IMG/VR virus record: IMGVR_UViG_3300035703_000022
Location: 74,530-138,529 of that record
DNA length: 64,000 bases
Strand: one strand, 5' to 3'
Source of the DNA: a virus
In this document: positions 1 through 9,352 of the stretch, one piece after another
How positions within the stretch are numbered: position 1 is the first letter of the stretch
How the letters are laid out: each line of letters starts with the position of its first letter
Program-made: the position numbers and the translations under genes
The notes under the pieces: model-generated
Told to the model about the DNA's origin: nothing
Database searches by the model: none
What the model saw: only the letters and a program-made list of their open reading frames with translations

Positions 1-1
1 T

Positions 2-697
2 GAGACAAAGATCGATGTAGGGGACGGCAGCACCGTCTCCGAAAGTCTCATAAGAAGAGTCTGAGAAATGGAAACGATCTCCTTGCAACCAATCTTGGCG
101 CTTACACCAATCAATAAGATCGGAAACAACAATAATATTCTTATCTTCTGGAAACTCTTTTAGAGCTTCAATATAATATTCCTTCTTACAGAGGGGATGA
201 TACTCCTGAACCATTTGATAAGACCACTTCTCTCCTCTGCGACCAGTTAAATTTGGTGATCCACGACGAACATGAAGGAAGATACAATTCTCTCTACCAC
301 CAAGAGAATCAATATATTCTTGGCAAGGTTCCATATAATAACTCTTGAAAGTAAAATCTTCTCGGATACTATCTGAAATGGATTCAAAATATCTTTCTGT
401 CTGGAAGTTACCAGAGAAATTAGTGTTGTCTTCACACTTATTGAAGATTTCTTCATTAAAGTGCATATCACGATACTCTACAGTTTTGTAGAAAGGTTCC
501 CCAGTGTTCTTCTCTATATTACAATTGGTTAGTTCAAATGCATCAAACAACCCATAGTTGTCTAAACGATCTGCATCTGGGCCAGGAACTACCCAATCAA
601 ATCCGCGATTTGCAGAAAGACCACGAATAAATGCATATTGAAACATTTGGTTTCCAAGGCGACCCTCGTTACCAAGTCCTTTAAATGATACGGCCAT
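2..697 (-). CDS. alpha-1,2-fucosyltransferase-like glycosyltransferase (GT11), partial, runs off the window start
   Basis: Not in ORF track. Manual translation from ATG at 697 gives MAVSFKGLGNEGRLGNQMFQYAFIRG..., with the GT11 GRLGNQMFQY motif; TAATG overlap with the upstream paralogue. Confidence 0.85.
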   Translation of the reverse strand, partial: MAVSFKGLGNEGRLGNQMFQYAFIRGLSANRGFDWVVPGPDADRLDNYGLFDAFELTNCNIEKNTGEPFYKTVEYRDMHFNEEIFNKCEDNTNFSGNFQTERYFESISDSIREDFTFKSYYMEPCQEYIDSLGGRENCIFLHVRRGSPNLTGRRGEKWSYQMVQEYHPLCKKEYYIEALKEFPEDKNIIVVSDLIDWCKRQDWLQGDRFHFSDSSYETFGDGAAVPYIDLCL

Positions 698-1557
698 TAC
701 TTACTCCACTCTTGAATAATCCAACGATCAGGAACAATATCCGAAGTATCTAGGTTAGACATTGCAGTGCCAAACCACTTCTTGGGATCTGGAGCAACTA
801 CTTTACCACGATCATTTTGTAACCATGCACCCCACCAAGAGAATGATGAGTTTGCAATAATAGCACCAGAACAAAGAGTCATCAGACACAGATCAACCTG
901 TGGTAGAAGAGTATTTTGCATTTTTCCAGTACCATCAATAGTACGATAAGTATATCTACCATTACTTTCATTAAACAAGAAACGATCCTGTTTGAAAAAC
1001 TCCTGAGACTTGCACCACTCAATGTCATCAGTAAATACGAAACATGGAGTATCTTCTGGAAATTGCTTTAACGCATCCTCAAAAAATTTAATCGGTAGGA
1101 TGGGATGGTATTGTTCTCTTCCAATGTTGTCACTCTGTCGAATATGCAAGAAAATAGGGCTAGAAGGTAGACTATCAATATACTCCTTACAAGGATTGAG
1201 ATAATCTTTTCTAAACGTGAAGTCTTCACGAATTTCCTGTGCGATGTGACTAAAATATTTTTCAGTCTGGAAATATCCATCAAGACTTACATTATCAGGA
1301 CATTCATCAAAAAACTCCGGAATAAAACAATGATCATTCTCTTGTATGTATTCTCCATTGACAAATCCAATGTTTGATTCATTAACATTTGTCAACTCAA
1401 ATGTCTCAAATAAACCATAATTATCTTTATGATCATATGTATCTGGAGGAATGCACCAATCATAACCTCGTTTTGCAGCAATACCTCTAAGTGCTGCATA
1501 CTGAAACATTTGATTACCTAGACGACCATTACTTCCTAGTCTGTTATATCCGATCAT
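697..1557 (-). CDS. alpha-1,2-fucosyltransferase-like glycosyltransferase (GT11)
   Basis: GRLGNQMFQYA, GYFQTEKYF, HIRQSD and IIANSSFSWWGAWL motifs of GT11. Confidence 0.9.
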   Translation of the reverse strand: MIGYNRLGSNGRLGNQMFQYAALRGIAAKRGYDWCIPPDTYDHKDNYGLFETFELTNVNESNIGFVNGEYIQENDHCFIPEFFDECPDNVSLDGYFQTEKYFSHIAQEIREDFTFRKDYLNPCKEYIDSLPSSPIFLHIRQSDNIGREQYHPILPIKFFEDALKQFPEDTPCFVFTDDIEWCKSQEFFKQDRFLFNESNGRYTYRTIDGTGKMQNTLLPQVDLCLMTLCSGAIIANSSFSWWGAWLQNDRGKVVAPDPKKWFGTAMSNLDTSDIVPDRWIIQEWSK

Positions 1558-2699
1558 AATTTAATTACAAATGTATTAATTTTTTCTGGCGGTTTCCCAA
1601 AATGTATTCTATCACCATATTGACTCGTTAACAAGACTTCCACTTGTTTAATAATATGGGGATTATCGGAAACATAGACTTCATGACCAGCATCTAAAAG
1701 ATCTAGACAAAGTTTATATTGTTGACTTTCGGTTAGAATATCAGTACCCCTCTTATATGAAATATATTCAAAATGAAAAGGGAGATTTTTAGTGTTCTTA
1801 TTAATGAAATAATTTTTTAAAAAAATAGAATGTTCATTATTAAAATCATCAGTGGTTGTGCCAAGATTATACTTCAATCCAAGTTTCTCTGCATACCTAC
1901 CAAAAGATCTATTATCTCTAGGCAGACATGGGCCACCAAATCCAAATCCAAATTTTAGATACTTACTTCCAATTCTAGAATCACTTGCAATAGAAGAAAG
2001 GACGGATTCGATTTCACTCTCAAGTCCGGAAAGAATAAGAACCTCTCCGATCATATTTGCAAAACTAATTTTAGTTGTCATGAAACAATTGACTGCGATC
2101 TTAACTATTTCTGCAGCCGTAGATGACATAATAGAAATGACTGGTTTTGTAACCTGAATTTTCTTGTAAATTTCAGAAAGAGTTTCTAGAACTTCTGCAT
2201 TATCCCCACCAAGTAAAACCATGTCAGCATGGGTTAAGTCCTTAATAATAGATCCTTGTGCAATAAATTCTGGATTATATACAACACTTACTCCATAAGA
2301 CTTAAGTTGTTCCTGGAATCTTACACAATCTCCTGGATTTGTAGTGCAACCAACAACCAATGTTTTACCTTCAACATTAGGGGATTCTTGGAAGTCACGA
2401 ACAACATTCCATACAGAACTTACATCATAAGAACCATCATCTAAAGATGGAGTTGCAACCAAAGTAAAGATAATATCACATTCTGCAATCACTTTTTTAT
2501 TATCAGTGGTTGCTTCAAGATACTTAGCTTGTCTTAGATGTTCTTGCACAAACGGTTCTGTACTAGAAATAATTTTTTTATTGAGGTTCTCTACATAATC
2601 CTCACGAATATCGGAAACCAGAACATCATATCCTGCATTTTCCATGAGAAGTGCAAGACAAATACCTAGTCTTCCTGCGCCTATTAATCCAATTTTCAT
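1554..2699 (-). CDS. UDP-glucose/GDP-mannose dehydrogenase family protein
   Basis: GAGRLG Rossmann motif, YNPEFIAQG, AEIVKIAVN and catalytic GFGGPCLPRD. Confidence 0.9.
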   Translation of the reverse strand: MKIGLIGAGRLGICLALLMENAGYDVLVSDIREDYVENLNKKIISSTEPFVQEHLRQAKYLEATTDNKKVIAECDIIFTLVATPSLDDGSYDVSSVWNVVRDFQESPNVEGKTLVVGCTTNPGDCVRFQEQLKSYGVSVVYNPEFIAQGSIIKDLTHADMVLLGGDNAEVLETLSEIYKKIQVTKPVISIMSSTAAEIVKIAVNCFMTTKISFANMIGEVLILSGLESEIESVLSSIASDSRIGSKYLKFGFGFGGPCLPRDNRSFGRYAEKLGLKYNLGTTTDDFNNEHSIFLKNYFINKNTKNLPFHFEYISYKRGTDILTESQQYKLCLDLLDAGHEVYVSDNPHIIKQVEVLLTSQYGDRIHFGKPPEKINTFVIKL

Positions 2700-3487
2700 A
2701 GCTTAAATGTGGGAATTTCTGTCATCTTATGTTTGTTTTGCATGTGGAACTTCTGGTACACATTGATTGCATTAGTTTGTTCTTCATTCAAGAACAATGG
2801 ATCTTCAGAAAGTCCTTTTTCCATAACCCATTCTAACATTGCATAGGAAGTTCCAATCTGATCTTCATCAGTTCTACCATCATCCCAAAGTCCATCAGTA
2901 GGTGGTGCAGAAACAATTCTATCATCTACACCTAGATGTTCACCAAGCATCCATACTTCGGTCTTATAGAGGTCTGCAATAGGAGCAATATCAATACCAC
3001 CATCACCATACTTGGTATAGAATCCTACACCATAATCCTCAACCTTATTACCAGTTCCAACAACAATACCATTTACTGAAGTTGCAATCTGGTAAAGGGT
3101 TACCATGCGAAGTCTTGATCGAGTATTTGCTTGTGCCAGTTTATTCGTTGCAAAGTTCTCCCCAATATCATTAGAAATAGTTTGAAGGAAATCATCATAG
3201 ACTGAGCTCATATCAGTCTTAACAAAAGTTACATTATTAAATTTTGACTCCAACCACTTACCATGAGCATCAGAAAGAGACTCCTGATTCTCAAGTTGAT
3301 TGATAGGCATTCCAACCACATAAGTTGGCATACCAGTCAAAGCACAAAGGGTAGAAACCACAGAGGAATCAATTCCCCCAGAAATTCCTACTACAAGACT
3401 TTTAAGTTTAGGATGAGTAATGCAATAATTAGAAATCCATTTTACGATCCTATCTTCCAACTCATCATAATCTTTAATTCGATTCAT
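2696..3487 (-). CDS. nadE: NH3-dependent NAD+ synthetase
   Basis: GISGGIDS PP-loop, NTRSRLRM, GTGNKVE, GFYTKYGDGG, PIADLYKTEV and PTDGLW. Confidence 0.92.
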   Translation of the reverse strand: MNRIKDYDELEDRIVKWISNYCITHPKLKSLVVGISGGIDSSVVSTLCALTGMPTYVVGMPINQLENQESLSDAHGKWLESKFNNVTFVKTDMSSVYDDFLQTISNDIGENFATNKLAQANTRSRLRMVTLYQIATSVNGIVVGTGNKVEDYGVGFYTKYGDGGIDIAPIADLYKTEVWMLGEHLGVDDRIVSAPPTDGLWDDGRTDEDQIGTSYAMLEWVMEKGLSEDPLFLNEEQTNAINVYQKFHMQNKHKMTEIPTFKL

Positions 3488-4263
3488 GATTCTTTTACCT
3501 TAGCTAAAATTACAGTGTTTTCGTAATCTTTGTTCGTGGTGAATTCAAAACGTTCACTCATCCTTTCAGTAAACTTATTATAGTAGAAATCATTAAAGTT
3601 GACAAGGTTATAAATGATGTAAGCATACTTAGCATCTGATACTAGATTATCATAGTATTTTGCTTGAGTATCATAATCACATTCAGAAAGGGCGTAATTA
3701 CTAATGAACAGGTCTACATCTTTAATTTCTTCTACGTTATCACAACTTACAAACTTACACTTTGCATAAAGTTCTGGGAAGTTCTTAAGATACTTTTCTT
3801 GAACCGCAACAGCCTCAGGAAGATCCACTAAAACATATTCATCAAAATCACAGACAACACTCAAGGTCTTACATAATCCACCATACCCGCCACCAACTTC
3901 TACTACACGACTGATAGGTGCATCTCCTAAGAGAGTCGCCATCTCAAATACATTCTTAATATATCGGATTGTAGTGGGAGAGATTTTACCCGTTTCTGGA
4001 TAAGAGAATTTATCGGGTTTACCGATAACATCATTCTCTTTAAACGCCTCAAGATTTTCAAGTAGAGCATCTCCAGCCATTTCCATGGCAATTTGAAGAT
4101 ACTCCGTACCTTGACGAGGAGTTACATGTTCAAGAATATTTTTATATCCTTGAATTGATTTAAATTTTGCAAATACTTCATCATCTGCAACTGCACTACG
4201 ACAAGTTTCAAGATAATCAACTGCAATCTGTTCTTCTGCTTCCCAGCCTTTATAAGTACTCAT
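3484..4263 (-). CDS. putative sugar O-methyltransferase
   Basis: SPTTIRY, VEVGGGYGG SAM motif, VDLPE and ISNYALSE; glycan-operon context. Confidence 0.75.
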   Translation of the reverse strand: MSTYKGWEAEEQIAVDYLETCRSAVADDEVFAKFKSIQGYKNILEHVTPRQGTEYLQIAMEMAGDALLENLEAFKENDVIGKPDKFSYPETGKISPTTIRYIKNVFEMATLLGDAPISRVVEVGGGYGGLCKTLSVVCDFDEYVLVDLPEAVAVQEKYLKNFPELYAKCKFVSCDNVEEIKDVDLFISNYALSECDYDTQAKYYDNLVSDAKYAYIIYNLVNFNDFYYNKFTERMSERFEFTTNKDYENTVILAKVKES

Positions 4264-5060
4264 TTCCAGTAAGTTTCGTAGAGGTAATCTTCTGCCACTG
4301 GCAGATTGTTAGCACGTTCAAAGTTATCCTTGATCGCATCCATTTTAGAATAATAAAGTTCTTCTGTCAAAATAGAAACATCAAAGTCATCATCCAAGAA
4401 TATAATACCATCCTCGTTGAAATACTCTGTGACTCCTTTACATCCGTAGAAGATGGGAATCGTTCCTGTGGCGAAACAATCTGTAAGTTTCTCCGTAAAG
4501 TATGTATCATAGACGGCATTCTCTACGGCCACAGAGAACATATAATCTCGGATACCTTCTTCCTTTCTAGGAAGATCACGAAACCCACGACCATAAAGAT
4601 CAAGTTGATCTTTAAACTTATTCACGAATTCAAGTCTCTTGCGATGTCCAGGAACCATAGACTTGTTTGAAGAGATCATAGAAACAAGTTTAGTCTTGTC
4701 ATAAATCTGGCGTTCTTCAATCCATGGAGCTGCATTGCTTAATGCATATTGAAACTTTGGATACTTCTCACATAGTTCTTTATCTGGAGACAAAATACCA
4801 TCCACTCTAGAAGCAACAAAATCATAGTTTGCAAGAATCCAATCATAAACATTTTGAATGACTTGTTTTGATTCAAGTAACCAGATATACTTTGGTGTAG
4901 AAGAAACATCCTGAAGTACATCTAGGGATCTTTGATTTACATAAAGACTTACTGCACCGGAACCATCATAAACCCACTCAGTAAAACTAGAAGTATTTTT
5001 ATCTGAGGTTGACGGGAGAAGAGAGTCGTTACAATAAAGATTAATTTGAAACTTGTTCAT
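4260..5060 (-). CDS. GT10 (alpha-1,3-fucosyltransferase-like) glycosyltransferase
   Basis: YMFSVAVEN...YFTEKLTDCFATGTIPIFYG matches the GT10 C-terminal motif. Confidence 0.8.
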   Translation of the reverse strand: MNKFQINLYCNDSLLPSTSDKNTSSFTEWVYDGSGAVSLYVNQRSLDVLQDVSSTPKYIWLLESKQVIQNVYDWILANYDFVASRVDGILSPDKELCEKYPKFQYALSNAAPWIEERQIYDKTKLVSMISSNKSMVPGHRKRLEFVNKFKDQLDLYGRGFRDLPRKEEGIRDYMFSVAVENAVYDTYFTEKLTDCFATGTIPIFYGCKGVTEYFNEDGIIFLDDDFDVSILTEELYYSKMDAIKDNFERANNLPVAEDYLYETYWK

Positions 5061-5898
5061 TCTTCATAGCCTCAAATACCTTAGCAATACCCTGTTCAAT
5101 TGTTGTTTTGGGAGTCCACCACTTCATCAAATAAGTATCTGGTCGATTTCTTTTGTCAAGTTGAACACTATCCTTTTCAGTTGACGGTTGTACTTTAACA
5201 TCGTACTTGCCCATCAAATTGAATTGGCCACAAATTATACTCGCAATATCAATGACCTTTGTAGAGTGGAAGCTGGTAATGTGAAGATTATCTTCAGAAG
5301 TAAAGTCATCGTAGTTTTCCATAATTGACTCAAGTGCTTCACAACAATCTTCAGCATATAGAAACTCACGTTCTTCCTGACCATCAGTAAGCATGTCAAT
5401 CACACCAGTTTCAAAACCTTTACGAATAAAGTCTGTGATTACGTGTGCTTTATCGTGATCTTTTTCCACTCCATAAACATTCCAGAACTTAACAATAAGT
5501 CCATTCAAAGATTTAGTATAAAGTTCTCCAACATTCTTAAGAACACCATATGGAGAATAACTCATATTACTCATCTGAGATGAAGCAAATACAAATCTCT
5601 TATTGTATTTTTTAAGAAGTCCAAATGCATTTGCCATCAAACGGGCATTGTTGTCAATGAATTGGAATGTGTGTTGATATTTTTTGAGATAACGAGAACC
5701 ACCTACATCAAATGCAAGGAAGAACACAAAGTCACTATCCATAATTACCCGATGGAGTTCGGGATTGGGGATAATTGTCATGTCTTGATGTTCACCATTA
5801 ACAACATCAAACTCATAAACGGTGTGGCCTTTACCACGCAGATATTCTGTTAAGTAGGCACCGATTTGCCCACTAGATCCTAGTACTGTAATTTTCAT
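5041..5898 (-). CDS. NAD-dependent epimerase/dehydratase (extended SDR)
   Basis: GSSGQIG, YGVLK (YxxxK), NVYG and REFLYAED. Confidence 0.85.
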   Translation of the reverse strand: MKITVLGSSGQIGAYLTEYLRGKGHTVYEFDVVNGEHQDMTIIPNPELHRVIMDSDFVFFLAFDVGGSRYLKKYQHTFQFIDNNARLMANAFGLLKKYNKRFVFASSQMSNMSYSPYGVLKNVGELYTKSLNGLIVKFWNVYGVEKDHDKAHVITDFIRKGFETGVIDMLTDGQEEREFLYAEDCCEALESIMENYDDFTSEDNLHITSFHSTKVIDIASIICGQFNLMGKYDVKVQPSTEKDSVQLDKRNRPDTYLMKWWTPKTTIEQGIAKVFEAMKNEQVSN

Positions 5899-6467
5899 CA
5901 GACAATAGTAATTTCGTGTGCATTTCCAAAGTTGACAATACCAGTACCACTCATATGAGCAATCTCAGTTACATCAAACTTCTCTTCGGGAATCTCATCC
6001 CACATTAGTTGAATATCAGGCCAACCAGGGCCAATATCATCATGAATCAAAATACCTTTCCAACCTTTGTCACGCAACCAATCCATCATGACACGTTCTT
6101 GAGCTCCATCATGTGGATCAACATCAATCATAACGATGGGAATATTATCCCAATCAAGAGTTTCATCTTCCATGAAATTCATGATCTTCCAAGTGATGTT
6201 TTCTTTTTGAATAGAGCTGGCGCCCTGTTCCACAAGATCATAACTAATCACTTTATTAGTCGGATTATAAGAAAGAGCGAGAGCGGATCCACCAGTGCGA
6301 GTACCAACATCCAGAATAGTGGATTTGTTAAAGAAAGTGGAGAGATATGCATAAAGCCTATACTCGCTTTGACCTGCGGGAAGCCAGTCATTTTGATTGA
6401 GAGACATATCTCTTAGATGACTAACATCTAAATCTTTTACATGTTTTTTAATAATCTCAATTTTCAT
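5898..6467 (-). CDS. class I SAM-dependent methyltransferase
   Basis: LDVGTRTGGS, IDVDPH and GILIHDD motifs; likely start is ATG at 6467 (MKIEII). Confidence 0.75.
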   Translation of the reverse strand: MKIEIIKKHVKDLDVSHLRDMSLNQNDWLPAGQSEYRLYAYLSTFFNKSTILDVGTRTGGSALALSYNPTNKVISYDLVEQGASSIQKENITWKIMNFMEDETLDWDNIPIVMIDVDPHDGAQERVMMDWLRDKGWKGILIHDDIGPGWPDIQLMWDEIPEEKFDVTEIAHMSGTGIVNFGNAHEITIV

Positions 6468-7518
6468 TATTCTTCTTATCAATTTGTGCAACAATCCATG
6501 CGTATGTCTTACGAATACCTTCTTCTAGAGTTTGAGAATAATCCCAACCGAGTTCTCTGCGGACTACATCATTGTTGGAATTACGACCACGAACACCGAG
6601 AGGTGCATCTAATTTATGTTTTCTATTCACAACCTTACCAGAAACCCTAGCAGCAGTCTCTACGAGTTGATTGATCGTAACCATTTCCTCAGATCCAATA
6701 TTCACTGGACCTTGGAAATCAGACTCCATTAAACGACGGGTTGCTTCAAGACACTCATCAATGTAAAGGAATGAACGAGTTTGTAAACCATCGCCCCAAA
6801 CTTCAATAGTTCCACCTACTTCTGGAAGTTCTGCAACTTTGCGGCAGATTGCTGCGGGGGCTTTTTCTCTGCCGCCCGTCCAAGTTCCTTCTGGCCCGAA
6901 TATATTGTGGTATCTAGCAACACGTACAGGAATACCATAGTTGCGATGATAAGCAAAATATAGACGTTCTGAAAACAGTTTTTCCCATCCGTATTCTGAG
7001 TCTGGATTTGCTGGATATGCGGATTCTTCACGACAATCAGGATTATCAGGATCGAGTTGGTTATGTTCTGGGTACATGCAAGCAGAACCAGAATAGAAAA
7101 TCTTAGTTGTATTTTTACCAGTGCGTTCGTTCATTTGACGCTGCATCTCAAGTACATTCAGATTAATTGATACTGAATTATGCATAATATCTGCATCGTT
7201 CTCACCAGTAAACACAAATCCAGCTCCACCCATATCGGCAGCGAACTGATAGATTTCATCAAACGATTGGATATAACGATAGGGAACTGACTGATAAAAG
7301 TTACCGCGATCACCCTTATATTCAAGTACACGACGAACAAAATCTACATCACGAAGATCCCCAAGAACAAATTCGTTTGCTTCGTGTTTGGAGAACTCTG
7401 GATACTTAAGGTCTACACCACGAACCCAGTATCCTTCAGATCGCAATCTACGAACCATATGACTTCCAATAAAGCCACCGGCACCAAGCACAAGTGCCTT
7501 CTTAATGTATTGACTCAT
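6457..7518 (-). CDS. GDP-mannose 3,5-epimerase-like NAD-dependent epimerase (WcaG family)
   Basis: GAGGFIGSH, AADMGG, SACMYP, YGWEK and GGREKAPAAICRK, typical of GME-like SDRs. Confidence 0.9.
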   Translation of the reverse strand: MSQYIKKALVLGAGGFIGSHMVRRLRSEGYWVRGVDLKYPEFSKHEANEFVLGDLRDVDFVRRVLEYKGDRGNFYQSVPYRYIQSFDEIYQFAADMGGAGFVFTGENDADIMHNSVSINLNVLEMQRQMNERTGKNTTKIFYSGSACMYPEHNQLDPDNPDCREESAYPANPDSEYGWEKLFSERLYFAYHRNYGIPVRVARYHNIFGPEGTWTGGREKAPAAICRKVAELPEVGGTIEVWGDGLQTRSFLYIDECLEATRRLMESDFQGPVNIGSEEMVTINQLVETAARVSGKVVNRKHKLDAPLGVRGRNSNNDVVRRELGWDYSQTLEEGIRKTYAWIVAQIDKKNNEN

Positions 7519-7551
7519 TTTTTGATCAAAAATAATAATCTCATACTATAT

Positions 7552-7580
7552 ATTATACCAATTAGAGTAGATATTTGCAA
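7552..7580 (-). promoter_or_regulatory. sigma70-like promoter for the glycan operon
   Basis: Minus strand TTGCAA-N17-TATAAT upstream of the epimerase. Confidence 0.6.
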
Positions 7581-8189
7581 GGAACTTTGAACAAACTATT
7601 TTATTTTGATGAAAAATATTTTTATAAATCTTATAATACTATTTCAAAAGAAGATAGAATAAATCTCATAAAAGAATCTGAACAGTACTTGAAAACTCAC
7701 AGAAAGTTTGAAGAGTTACATCCTCCAATAATGGCAGAAAATTTCTTTGATAAACAAATTCTAGAGAAAAAGTGTTGGAAAAATCTTACAGATAAAGTAA
7801 CTGATGAAGTAAACAATTATAGTAAGACTTATTTAAATACTAATGTAACATTTGAATCTTGTTGGATAAACAAAGTAGATTACTACGAAGATAAAGATAT
7901 AGAAAACACGTTATACTTTGATGAGGACGTACAATCCTACACAGATAATCACTATCATGCTCACCATGAAGGTCAACTCATAGGTTGTATTTTTTACTTG
8001 CAGAATCCAAATAAAAAATATGGCACTCTTGTCAGAACTAACAACGGATCCATAGTTCTCGATGGGACAGAAAATTCGTTAACTATTTTTGATCCAAGAT
8101 TATATCACACTGCACTCGTACCAAATCCAGAAGTGTGTTCGATATATCCAAGATATGTAATTTTAATGTCCTTCATAAGTTCCAACTAA
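7575..8189 (+). CDS. putative 2OG-Fe(II) oxygenase-like protein
   Basis: CWIN...HYHAHH...IFYLQ...LTIFDPRLYH...R pattern typical of cyanophage 2OG-Fe(II) oxygenases; start uncertain (TTG). Confidence 0.6.
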   Translation: MQGTLNKLFYFDEKYFYKSYNTISKEDRINLIKESEQYLKTHRKFEELHPPIMAENFFDKQILEKKCWKNLTDKVTDEVNNYSKTYLNTNVTFESCWINKVDYYEDKDIENTLYFDEDVQSYTDNHYHAHHEGQLIGCIFYLQNPNKKYGTLVRTNNGSIVLDGTENSLTIFDPRLYHTALVPNPEVCSIYPRYVILMSFISSN

Positions 8190-8212
8190 AAAAGGTGGGA
8201 TTTCTCCCACCT
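8188..8212 (-). terminator. intrinsic terminator
   Basis: Minus strand AGGTGGGA-GAAA-TCCCACCT followed by a T-run. Confidence 0.75.
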
Positions 8213-8217
8213 CTAAA

Positions 8218-8362
8218 GCTCAGGCTCGCCACTTGTTTTGAGTACGAGAAAACAAGAAACTCGGCGGGGTTAACCCCATCCGCACCAGGGCACGATTAAC
8301 GTCTGTCCGAGACGGGCATATTGGGGATGACTCCACCACTTAGTTTTGAGAAACTAAGAAAA
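8218..8362 (-). ncRNA. wcaG-like RNA motif
   Basis: Minus strand TGGTGCGGATGGGGTTAACCCCGCC...TTTCTTGTTTT...AAAACAAGTGGCGAGCC has two UGGYG elements and hairpins and lies near a WcaG-family gene; family recalled from the literature, not searched. Confidence 0.6.
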
Positions 8363-8573
8363 GTTGGATGAGTTTAGGTATCTCAATAGCAGCATAGAAA
8401 GCACACAAGAAGAGAATATCCCAAAACTTATATTTGATTGCAAAGGGAACAACAAAGATGTTCCCAATACATTTTACAAATAATCCAAGTTTCATATCTC
8501 CCCAAAGCAGAAAAAAGTATCCTGATAAGAGAAGTGCATTACCAATGTATCTGAATACATTAGATTTTATCAT
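8340..8573 (-). CDS. small membrane protein
   Basis: 77-aa ORF with about three hydrophobic segments. Confidence 0.6.
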   Translation of the reverse strand: MIKSNVFRYIGNALLLSGYFFLLWGDMKLGLFVKCIGNIFVVPFAIKYKFWDILFLCAFYAAIEIPKLIQLFLVSQN

Positions 8574-8599
8574 AAGGGGTTTGCTCCCGACCAGTTCTG

Positions 8600-8863
8600 T
8601 TATAGACCATCCGTGTCTTCATCATCTTCCCGTATATAACAGGGAACACGATCCGGATCTAACCATTTCGCATATTCAATGTCTTCCATTGCAGTAGTGC
8701 ATTGTAGACCATTATCAAAAAGATAAATGTCATTCCAACGTTTAGTGTAGTGATCTTTCTTTTGCATTCTATAGTCAGGCATACCATTTAATTCAATGAT
8801 ACCCTTTTGAACAAACCTATATCCCTCTCGTTCGAAAAGGACTTTAGGAAGTGTTTCAATCAC
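8600..8863 (-). CDS. hypothetical cyanophage protein
   Basis: 87-aa ORF with 4-nt overlap to the upstream ORF and an acidic tail. Confidence 0.7.
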   Translation of the reverse strand: MIETLPKVLFEREGYRFVQKGIIELNGMPDYRMQKKDHYTKRWNDIYLFDNGLQCTTAMEDIEYAKWLDPDRVPCYIREDDEDTDGL

Positions 8864-9081
8864 GATACAAGAGCTCCTTCAGCTTCAAGATCAGCATAGA
8901 TATAATCAATCAACATCTCATAGTCATCCAGAGGATCTCCGGAGAAAATTACACCATTAGATTCATAAAACTTACGAACTTTTTTAAAGAGTTTTGGATT
9001 TTTTACATCCAGATAAGATTCTCCGTTCGCAGCAGACTTCAGAGTTTGAATGTCTTTTTTGAATTTATCAGTGAGTGACAT
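8860..9081 (-). CDS. hypothetical cyanophage protein
   Basis: 73-aa ORF downstream of a TTGACT-N17-TATAAT promoter. Confidence 0.7.
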   Translation of the reverse strand: MSLTDKFKKDIQTLKSAANGESYLDVKNPKLFKKVRKFYESNGVIFSGDPLDDYEMLIDYIYADLEAEGALVS

Positions 9082-9105
9082 TTGTTTGAATTTGTTTACC
9101 TTGTT

Positions 9106-9134
9106 ATTATAGGGGATTGACTTGGAGAAGTCAA
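9106..9134 (-). promoter_or_regulatory. sigma70-like promoter
   Basis: Minus strand TTGACT-N17-TATAAT. Confidence 0.7.
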
Positions 9135-9159
9135 GACGGACAGTTCGGTTTCTGTCCTA

Positions 9160-9232
9160 TGCTCCTTGCGTGGATCGAACACGCCTCAGGCGAATTATGA
9201 GTTCGCTGCATTCACCAGATTGCTAAAGGAGC
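9160..9232 (-). tRNA. tRNA with CAT anticodon (probably tRNA-Ile2, otherwise Met)
   Basis: Cloverleaf; acceptor GCTCCTT/AAGGAGC; anticodon arm GCGAA-CTCATAA-TTCGC. Confidence 0.85.
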
Positions 9233-9236
9233 AAAG

Positions 9237-9308
9237 TAGGACTGGAGGGAATTGAACCCTCTTCACACCGTTATAAGCAGTGGGCCTTAACCAATAGGCG
9301 ACAGTCCC
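9237..9308 (-). tRNA. tRNA-Ile(TAT)
   Basis: Cloverleaf; anticodon arm CACTG-CTTATAA-CGGTG. Confidence 0.9.
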
Positions 9309-9323
9309 GCAAAATACAAGTCA

Positions 9324-9352
9324 ATTATAGAGGACTTGGAACTCTTTGTCAA
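9324..9352 (-). promoter_or_regulatory. consensus sigma70 promoter
   Basis: Minus strand TTGACA-N17-TATAAT directly upstream of tRNA-Ile(TAT). Confidence 0.8.

Noticed and set aside
247-471. 74-aa ORF from the track
   Set aside because: Lies out of frame within the partial GT11 gene at 2-697.
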